Assembly: GCF_014203015.1 (NCBI RefSeq) | Contig: NZ_JACHIB010000004.1 | Location: forward strand, 131,454-155,453 | DNA from: Castellaniella defragrans | GTDB lineage: Bacteria > Pseudomonadota > Gammaproteobacteria > Burkholderiales > Burkholderiaceae_B | DNA: 24,000 bases | Direction: 5' to 3' | Part shown: positions 17,556-24,000 of the stretch, piece after piece | Numbering within the stretch: the stretch's first letter is position 1 | Layout: each line of letters begins with the position of its first letter | Position numbers and translations under genes: made by a program | The notes under the pieces: model-generated | Seen by the model: the letters and a program-made list of their open reading frames with translations, nothing else | Database searches by the model: none | What the model was told of the DNA's origin: nothing

Positions 17556-19043
17556 ATGGAAATGAAGACATCGCCCGCCCCGGCCTCTCCCACGCATCCG
17601 GCGCTGCCCGCGCACCGCGAACTGTTCTACGGCGGCGCGTGGCATCCCGCCCACGGCGGCGCGCACTGGGAGTGCTTCAGCCCCACGAACGGAAGCTCTC
17701 TGGGAATCTGCGCCGACGCGTCCGACGCCGACGTCGATGCGGCCGTCCAGGCGGCGCACTGCGCCTTTCCGGCCTGGCGCGACACGCATCCCTCGGACCG
17801 CGCCGCGCGCCTGCGCCAGGCGGCCGCCAGGATCCGGCAGCACGGCGGCGATCTCGCGCTCATCGACGCCCTGGATTGCGGCAATGCCATCACGCCCATG
17901 AAGGGCGACGTGGAAAATGCCGCGACGCAGCTCGAATTCTTCGCCGGGCTGGTCACCGAAGCCAAGGGAGAAACCATTCCCATGGGTCACGGGCGCCTCA
18001 ACTACACGCTGCGCGAGCCCCTGGGCGTCGTCGGCCGCATCGGCGCCTTCAACCATCCCTTCATGTTCTCCGCGGCCAAGATGGCGGCCCCGCTCGCCGC
18101 CGGCAATACCGTGGTCATCAAGCCGCCCGAACAGGCGCCGCTGTCCACGCTGAGGCTGGCGGAGCTGGTGGGCGATCTGTTTCCCCCCGGGGTCTTCAAC
18201 GTGGTGACCGGCCGGGGCAAGGAGGCCGGCCAGGCGCTGGTGCGGCATCCCGCCGTCGCCAAGATCGGCCTCATCGGCAGCGTCGAGGCCGGCCGCGCGG
18301 TGATGCGGACGGCCGCCGACACGCTCAAGCCGGTGCTGCTGGAGCTGGGCGGCAAGAACGCCTTGATCGGGTTCGCGGACGCGGACCTGCCGGCGCTGGC
18401 CGATGCCATCGTCCAGGGCATGAACTTCGCCTGGTGCGGGCAATCCTGCGGCTCCACCAGCCGGGTCTTCCTGCACGAATCGATCCACGACCGGATCGCG
18501 GACATGGTCCGCGAGCGGCTGGCCGCCTTCCAGCCCGGGCTGCCCCAGGACCCCGACACCACGATGGGGGCCATCGTCAGCGCCGAGCAGCACCGGCGCA
18601 TCCTGGATTACATCCGGATCGGCCGGGACGAGGGCGCCACGCTGAGCTACGGCGGAACGGTTCCCGCGGACCCCGGACTCGCCCAGGGCTTCTTCATCGA
18701 ACCGACCCTGTTCACCGGCGTCCAGCCGTCCATGCGCATCGCCCGCGAGGAGATCTTCGGGCCAGTGCTGTCGCTCTTTCGCTGGACGGACGCCGGCGCG
18801 ATGCTGGCGGCCGTCAACGCGCCGGACTACGGCCTGACCTGCTCGCTCTGGACCCGCGACCTGGCGACGGCGCTGGAATTCTCGTCCCGCGTGCAGGCGG
18901 GCTACGTCTGGATCAACGAGGTCGGCCGCCATTTCCTGGGAGCGCCCTATGGCGGTTTCAAGCAATCCGGCAACGGGCGCGAGGAATGCTTCGACGAACT
19001 GCTCGCCTTCACGCAGACCAAGAACGTCCACGTGCGCTACTGA
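17556..19043 (+). CDS. NAD(P)-dependent aldehyde dehydrogenase family protein
   Basis: 495 aa, with AAGGA 7 nt before the ATG. ALDH motifs: VVIKPPEQAPLS, catalytic Glu in LLELGGKNA, catalytic Cys in AWCGQSCGSTSR, EEIFGPV, and GGFKQSGNGRE near the C-terminus. Confidence 0.93.
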   Translation: MEMKTSPAPASPTHPALPAHRELFYGGAWHPAHGGAHWECFSPTNGSSLGICADASDADVDAAVQAAHCAFPAWRDTHPSDRAARLRQAAARIRQHGGDLALIDALDCGNAITPMKGDVENAATQLEFFAGLVTEAKGETIPMGHGRLNYTLREPLGVVGRIGAFNHPFMFSAAKMAAPLAAGNTVVIKPPEQAPLSTLRLAELVGDLFPPGVFNVVTGRGKEAGQALVRHPAVAKIGLIGSVEAGRAVMRTAADTLKPVLLELGGKNALIGFADADLPALADAIVQGMNFAWCGQSCGSTSRVFLHESIHDRIADMVRERLAAFQPGLPQDPDTTMGAIVSAEQHRRILDYIRIGRDEGATLSYGGTVPADPGLAQGFFIEPTLFTGVQPSMRIAREEIFGPVLSLFRWTDAGAMLAAVNAPDYGLTCSLWTRDLATALEFSSRVQAGYVWINEVGRHFLGAPYGGFKQSGNGREECFDELLAFTQTKNVHVRY

Positions 19044-19096
19044 CGCGCTCCGCCGGACCCCATCCACTCCCCCTTCACGACGACATCCGCCGATAC

Positions 19097-20929
19097 ATGA
19101 CCGCCGATCCCACGCCCCGCGCCCCGTCCGTCCCCGAAGCCCTGAACCCCCGGGAACGCCCGCCCCTGCCGGCCGCCGCTTCGCCCATGTTCGGCAGCGA
19201 CGCCATCGCGCAAACCCTGGCGGCCCTGGACATCCCCTACATCGCCCTGAATCCGGGCGCGAGCTTCCGGGGCCTGCACGACAGCCTGGTCAACCACCTG
19301 GGCAACCGCACGCCGCAGATGCTGCTCTGTCTGCACGAAGAACACGCCGTGGCATTGGCCCACGGCTATGCCAAAGTCACCGGCAAGGCCATGGCGGCCG
19401 CAGTGCACGCCAACGTCGGATTGATGCATGCCACGATGGCCGTCTTCAATGCCTGGTGCGACCGCATGCCGCTGCTGCTGCTGGGCGCGACCGGCCATCT
19501 GGACGCCGCCCGACGCCGGCCCTGGATCGAATGGATCCACACGGCGCGGGACCAGGGCGCGCTGGTGCGCAATTTCACCAAATGGGACGACCAGCCGGCC
19601 TCCCCCGCCGCGGCGCGCGAGTCCCTGTTCCGGGCCAAATGGCTGAGCGAATCGGCGCCCCAGGCCCCCGTGTACGTCAACCTGGACGTGGACGTGCAGG
19701 AGCAGGCCCTGCGGGAGCCCTTGCCGCCGGCGAATCCCGCCGATTTCCTGCCCGAAGCCCGCGTCGGCGCCAGCGCCCGCCAGATTGCCGCACTCGCGGC
19801 GCTCATCCGCCGGGCGCAGCGGCCCGTGCTGCTGATGGGACGCGTCTCGCGCTGCGCGCAGGCCTGGGCGCAGCGCCTGCGCCTGGCCGAAGGCATCGGG
19901 GCCCGCGTGCTCACCGACCTGAAGGTCGGCGCCGCATTCCCGACGGATCACCCGCTGCACGCGGGGGCGCCGGGCATCTATGCGGATGCGGCGGCCCTCG
20001 GCGCCCTGGAACAGGCCGACCTGATCATCAGCCTGGACTGGGTGGATCTGGCCGGCTTGCTGCGCGAGGCCTGCGCGGACGGCCGGCCCGCCGCGCGCAT
20101 CGTCCAGGTTTCCGTCGACGCCGCGCTGCACCGCGGCTGGAGCATGGACTACCAGGCCCTGCCCGCGGTGGACCTCTGCATCCGCGCCGAACCCGAGCTG
20201 CTGGTGGCGGACCTGAACGAGGCCCTGGGCCTGGCCCCCCGGCCCGGCGAAGCGCACGCGCCGGTCTCGGCCCCGGCGGCCCCGGCGGCCCCGGCGGCCG
20301 CCGGACAAGCCCCCCTGCTGTCCATGGCGGAACTGGCCCACGGGCTGCGCGAGTGCCTCGCCGGCCGCGAGGTCTCGCTGACCCACCTGCCCCTGGGATG
20401 GGATGGCGCCCTGTGGCCCTTCCACCATCCCCTGGACTTCCTGGGCTCGGACGGCGGCGGCGGCGTGGGCGCCGGCCCCGGGCTGACCGTGGGCGCGGCG
20501 CTGTCCCTCCGGGGCTCGTCCCGCGTCCCGCTCGGGATCTGCGGGGACGGCGATTTCCTGATGGGGGCGACGGCGCTGTGGACGGCCGTGCACTACCGCA
20601 TCCCGCTGATCTGCGTGGTGGCCAACAACCAGTCGTTCTTCAACGACGAAGTGCACCAGGAGCGCGTGGCCCGGATGCGGGGGCGCGCCGTGGACAACAA
20701 GTGGATAGGCCAGCGCATCGCCGACCCCGACGTGGACATCGCGGGCCTGGCCCGCGCGCAGGGGGCGGCGGCGTACGGCCCGGTGGCGACCCCGCGGGAT
20801 CTCGCGCAGGCCTGCGCCGGCGCCCTGCGGGACTTCGACCAGGGGCGCGTGGCCGTCATCGACGCCCGCATCGCCTCGGGCTACACGCCCGCCATGACGA
20901 ACGCACTGACCGAACAAGGGGCGGACTGA
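19097..20929 (+). CDS. Thiamine diphosphate-dependent enzyme (acetolactate synthase / benzoylformate decarboxylase superfamily), specificity unknown
   Basis: Part of a 1096-aa track ORF whose first 486 codons overlap the ALDH gene out of frame. First in-frame ATG after the ALDH stop is at 19097; an alternative ATG at 19187 (MFGSDAIAQTL...) removes a Pro-rich leader. PYR domain (HEEHAVALAHGYAKVTGK..., NAWCDRMPLLLLGA) and ThDP-binding motif GDGDFLM...N(N) (ICGDGDFLMGATALWTAVHYRIPLICVVANNQSF). Confidence 0.85.
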   Translation: MTADPTPRAPSVPEALNPRERPPLPAAASPMFGSDAIAQTLAALDIPYIALNPGASFRGLHDSLVNHLGNRTPQMLLCLHEEHAVALAHGYAKVTGKAMAAAVHANVGLMHATMAVFNAWCDRMPLLLLGATGHLDAARRRPWIEWIHTARDQGALVRNFTKWDDQPASPAAARESLFRAKWLSESAPQAPVYVNLDVDVQEQALREPLPPANPADFLPEARVGASARQIAALAALIRRAQRPVLLMGRVSRCAQAWAQRLRLAEGIGARVLTDLKVGAAFPTDHPLHAGAPGIYADAAALGALEQADLIISLDWVDLAGLLREACADGRPAARIVQVSVDAALHRGWSMDYQALPAVDLCIRAEPELLVADLNEALGLAPRPGEAHAPVSAPAAPAAPAAAGQAPLLSMAELAHGLRECLAGREVSLTHLPLGWDGALWPFHHPLDFLGSDGGGGVGAGPGLTVGAALSLRGSSRVPLGICGDGDFLMGATALWTAVHYRIPLICVVANNQSFFNDEVHQERVARMRGRAVDNKWIGQRIADPDVDIAGLARAQGAAAYGPVATPRDLAQACAGALRDFDQGRVAVIDARIASGYTPAMTNALTEQGAD

Positions 20930-20933
20930 AGCC

Positions 20934-21803
20934 ATGAACACTGCCAGCAGACAAGCGGACGAAGCGGCGCGCGCGCGGACGGCGCCCCCCATCCTCACGG
21001 TGGACGGCGTGAGCCGCCATTTCGACACCGCCGACGGCCGGGTGGACGCGGTCAGCGACATTTCCCTGTCGGTGAGCCATGGGGAATTCGTCTCCATCAT
21101 CGGGCCCTCGGGATGCGGTAAATCCACGCTGTTCAGCATGATCGGCGGCCTGCTTCCGGCAAGCGCCGGCGCCATCCGCATCGAAGACGAGACCATCCGC
21201 GGCCCGCACCCCGCCATCGGCATGGTCTTCCAGGAGGACTCCACCTTTCCGTGGCGCACCGTGATCGACAACGTGGCCTTCCCGCTGGAACTGCAGGGCG
21301 TCGCCAGGTCCGAACGCCTGGAAAAGGCGCGGCATTTCATCGATCTGGTGGGCCTGTCGGGCTTCGAGCGCAGCTACCCGGCCCAGCTCTCCGGCGGCAT
21401 GCGGCAGCGGGTCTCCATCGCCCGCACGCTGGTCTTCGAGCCCAAGCTCCTGCTGATGGACGAACCCTTTGCCGCGCTGGACGAGCAGACCCGCCTGCTG
21501 CTGGGCGACAAGGTCTCGCAGATCCAGGCCACGCTGGACCAGACCGTGCTGCTCATCACGCACAACATCGCCGAAGCCGTCCAGCTCTCGGACCGCGTGA
21601 TGATCATGAGCTACCGCCCCGGCCGCAACAAGCGCATCCTGCCCATCGACCTGCCGCGCCCCAGGACGTCGGAGATGCTGAGCAGCGACGCCTTCGGCCA
21701 CTACGTCGCCCGGATCTGGGCCGACCTGCGCGAAGAGGCCGGGCGCGGCATGCGGGAAACCGAAGGCGTCAGCGCACGTGGAGCCGACCATGCCTCGTCC
21801 TGA
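20934..21803 (+). CDS. ABC transporter ATP-binding protein (NitT/TauT, nitrate/sulfonate/bicarbonate-type)
   Basis: 289 aa. Walker A GPSGCGKST, Q-loop, signature LSGGMRQRVSIAR, Walker B LLLMDEPFAALD, H-loop ITHNI. Confidence 0.93.
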   Translation: MNTASRQADEAARARTAPPILTVDGVSRHFDTADGRVDAVSDISLSVSHGEFVSIIGPSGCGKSTLFSMIGGLLPASAGAIRIEDETIRGPHPAIGMVFQEDSTFPWRTVIDNVAFPLELQGVARSERLEKARHFIDLVGLSGFERSYPAQLSGGMRQRVSIARTLVFEPKLLLMDEPFAALDEQTRLLLGDKVSQIQATLDQTVLLITHNIAEAVQLSDRVMIMSYRPGRNKRILPIDLPRPRTSEMLSSDAFGHYVARIWADLREEAGRGMRETEGVSARGADHASS

Positions 21804-22563
21804 TGCCACGCGGCTGCGGTTCGGCCCGGAGCTGGGCGGCCTGGCCGTGCTCGTCCTCCTGCTGGCCATCGTGGAGCTGCTCGTGCGGTCCGCCCTCCTC
21901 AACCCCTTCCTAGTGCCGCAGCCCTCGGCCGTGCTGCTCGCCTTCGGACGCATCGTCGCCGAGGAGAACGTCCTGCACCGGTTCCTCGTCACCGGCAGCG
22001 AAGCCGGGACGGCGGCCGTCCTGGTCGCCTGCATCGGCGTGCCGCTGGGCGCGCTGCTGCACCGGGCGCATCTGCTGCGTGCGGCGATCGGCTCCTGGAT
22101 CGCGGCCGTGGCGGCCGCCCCCATCGTGCTGGCCTATCCGCTCTTCCTGGTGATGTTCGGGCGCAGCGCCTCCACCATCATCGTGATCAGCGTGCTCTCG
22201 GGCTTGCCGCCCGTGATCCTCATGACCACCGACAGCCTGCAGTCGGTGCGGCCCGCGCTCATCGACGTCGGCAAGAGCCTGCGCATGAACGCCTGGTCGC
22301 TGTTCTGGAAAATCATGTTCCCCGCCGCCCTGCCCGGCATCTTCTCGGGCCTGCGCATCGGTTTCATCTTCGCGCTCATCAACGTGGTGGGCGTGGAATT
22401 CCTCATCAACTTCGGCGGCCTCGGGCCGCTCATCAATGAACTGGCGGAACGCTACGACCTGCCCGGCACCTACGCGGCCATCGGCTTCGTCGTTCTGGTC
22501 AGCATCGTCGTGTTCCTGATTCTGGAGGCACTGGAAAAATGGCTACGTCCCGGCAAGCGCTGA
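21790..22563 (+). CDS. ABC transporter permease (BPD_transp_1 type)
   Basis: ATG at 21790 with GGAG 6 nt upstream; the track start GTG 21778 is an alternative. Overlaps the ATPase gene's end. Multi-TM protein with the EAA-like loop DVGKSLRMNAWSLFWKIMFPAALPGIFSGLRIG. Confidence 0.88.
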   Translation: MPRPDATRLRFGPELGGLAVLVLLLAIVELLVRSALLNPFLVPQPSAVLLAFGRIVAEENVLHRFLVTGSEAGTAAVLVACIGVPLGALLHRAHLLRAAIGSWIAAVAAAPIVLAYPLFLVMFGRSASTIIVISVLSGLPPVILMTTDSLQSVRPALIDVGKSLRMNAWSLFWKIMFPAALPGIFSGLRIGFIFALINVVGVEFLINFGGLGPLINELAERYDLPGTYAAIGFVVLVSIVVFLILEALEKWLRPGKR

Positions 22564-23318
22564 GCCATCGGCAGGCATCCCCCCGGCGCGTCCTGATGCT
22601 GCGCATCCTCATCGCCGCCATTCTGCTGCTGATCTGGCAGGCCATGGCCATGTCGGGGCTGTTCTATCAGGACGTGGTCCTGGGGCTGCCCGACATCGCA
22701 CGCGGCATGGCGCGTCTCCTGCTGGACCCCGATTTCTACCGGAATCTCTGGATCACGGTGGCCGAAATCCTGGCCGCTTCGGCGATCGGGTCGCTCACGG
22801 GCCTGGTGTGCGGCATGGTGCTGGGAGGCAGCCGCATCCTGGAGCGCGCCTTCGAGCGCTATCTGTACTATCTCGGCCCCACGCCCAAGATCATTTTCTT
22901 TCCGCTGATGATCCTGTGGTTCGGCGTGGGACCGGGGTCGAAGGTCGCGCTGGGCGCCCTCTCGTGCTTCTTCCCGGTCGCCCTGGCCGTGGCCGCCGGC
23001 ATGCGCGAGATCCCCTTCATCCTGAAGTGCGTCGGCACCAGCCTGCGCGCCACGCCGCTGCAGAAGACCCTGAAGATCTACCTGCCCGCCATGCGCGGCC
23101 CGGTCATCAACGGTCTGCGCATGGGATTCGGCGTCGCCGTCATCGGCGTGCTGCTCGCGGAAACCAAATTGTCCAACCAGGGCCTGGGCTACCTGGTGAT
23201 CCAGAACTACCAGCATTTCGACATGCAGGCCATGTACGCCCTGCTCATCGCCATCTTCGGACTGGCCGTGGCCGCCAACACGGCGCTCAGCCATTGGGCG
23301 GATCCGAACCACCGTTGA
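22539..23318 (+). CDS. ABC transporter permease (second subunit)
   Basis: 259 aa; overlaps the previous permease by 25 nt. The EAA-like loop is less canonical (VGTSLRATPLQKTLKIYLPAMRGPVINGLRMG). An alternative start is at 22596. Confidence 0.85.
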   Translation: MATSRQALSHRQASPRRVLMLRILIAAILLLIWQAMAMSGLFYQDVVLGLPDIARGMARLLLDPDFYRNLWITVAEILAASAIGSLTGLVCGMVLGGSRILERAFERYLYYLGPTPKIIFFPLMILWFGVGPGSKVALGALSCFFPVALAVAAGMREIPFILKCVGTSLRATPLQKTLKIYLPAMRGPVINGLRMGFGVAVIGVLLAETKLSNQGLGYLVIQNYQHFDMQAMYALLIAIFGLAVAANTALSHWADPNHR

Positions 23319-23348
23319 CCCCCGCGACAACAACTCAGGAGACAGACC

Positions 23349-24000
23349 ATGAAAACATCGCGCACCTTGCTGGGCATCCTCGCCCTCGCCTCGGCCTGCG
23401 TCTGCGCAGCGCCCGCGCAGGCCGACGACACGCTGAAACTCGCCGTCGGCCAGCGCGGCAACTGGGACACCATCGTGTCCCAGCTCGGCCAGGATGCCGG
23501 CATCTTCAAGAAGCACGGACTGGAGCTGGAAATCCTCTACACCCAGGGCGGCGGGGAAACCCTCCAGGCCGTGATTTCCAACAGCGTGGACATCGGCGTG
23601 GCCGCCGGCACCATCGGCGTCTTCTCGGCCTTCCAGAAGGGCGCGCCGATCCGCATCATCGGCGCCCAGGCCACGGGCGCCGCGGACTTCTGGTACGTGC
23701 GGGCCGATTCCCCGCTGCACAGCATCAAGGACGCGACGCCGCAGACCACCATCGCCTACTCCACCAACGGTTCCTCGACCAACAGCGTGGCGCTGGGCTT
23801 CGCCAAGGCCTACGGCCTCAAATCGAAACTCGTCGCCACCGGGAACCCCTCGGCGACCTTCACCCAGGTCATGACCAAACAGGTCGACGTGGGCTGGTCC
23901 TCGCCGCCCTTCGGCTTCGACGCGCTGGCGCAGGGCAAGATCCGCATCGTCGCCAAGGCCAACGACCTGGACGAGATCCGGCACGAATCCATCCGGACCC
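23349..24000 (+). CDS. ABC transporter periplasmic substrate-binding protein (NMT1/THI5-like, NitT/TauT family), 3'-truncated by the window
   Basis: Not in the ORF track because no stop lies within the window. I translated from ATG 23349, with CAGGAGA 6 nt upstream: MKTSRTLLGILALASACVCAAPAQA/DDTLKLAVGQRGNWDTIVSQLGQDAGIFKKHGLELEILYTQGGGETLQAVISNSVDIGVAAG... Sec signal peptide, then an NMT1-like fold. The frame stays open to position 24000. Confidence 0.85.
   Translation, partial: MKTSRTLLGILALASACVCAAPAQADDTLKLAVGQRGNWDTIVSQLGQDAGIFKKHGLELEILYTQGGGETLQAVISNSVDIGVAAGTIGVFSAFQKGAPIRIIGAQATGAADFWYVRADSPLHSIKDATPQTTIAYSTNGSSTNSVALGFAKAYGLKSKLVATGNPSATFTQVMTKQVDVGWSSPPFGFDALAQGKIRIVAKANDLDEIRHESIRT

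Noticed and set aside
17639-19096. First 486 codons of the 1096-aa plus-strand ORF (17639-20929)
   Set aside because: This stretch overlaps the aldehyde dehydrogenase gene in another frame and encodes Arg/Pro/Gly-rich low-complexity sequence. The ThDP enzyme homology begins only after the ALDH stop.

Overview
High-GC (roughly two-thirds G+C by eye) proteobacterial chromosomal segment. Gene content and codon style resemble Alcaligenaceae (Bordetella/Achromobacter-like), but that is inference only. I can support 25 protein-coding genes (the last runs off the 3' edge), one tRNA-Ser(CGA), one decayed toxin-gene fragment, a tandem 84-bp repeat array cut by the 5' edge, and several regulatory motifs. 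Left to right: repeat array; DUF924 protein; signal-less SBP-fold protein; EamA/DMT transporter; AhpD/CMD-family protein; orphan ECF sigma factor; convergent two-gene operon (secreted His-rich protein + Tat cupredoxin); RHH_4 protein; DJ-1/PfpI; OYE flavin reductase; TetR + divergent MFS pump; RelE/ParE-type toxin remnant; tRNA-Ser; small EF-hand-like membrane protein; serS; wrbA; an operon of Crp/Fnr regulator -> tyrosine phenol-lyase -> aromatic amino acid permease; then a LysR regulator divergent from aldehyde dehydrogenase + ThDP enzyme + NitT/TauT-type ABC transporter (ATPase, two permeases, binding protein). The most interesting observation is a promoter-like pattern, GAAAC-N17-CATCCAAT, present three times with every specified base identical. 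One copy lies just upstream of the ECF sigma gene, one inside that gene, and one upstream of the secreted-protein/cupredoxin operon. This suggests a compact autoregulated ECF circuit with an unusual -10 box and an unusual intragenic site. Second is the tandem array, whose units look like terminator-ended small RNAs carrying anti-Shine-Dalgarno-like CCUCC tracts. No CRISPR array, transposase, integrase or recognisable defence system is visible. Many long Arg/Pro/Gly-rich ORFs in the six-frame track are antisense or off-frame shadows typical of high-GC DNA, and I rejected them.
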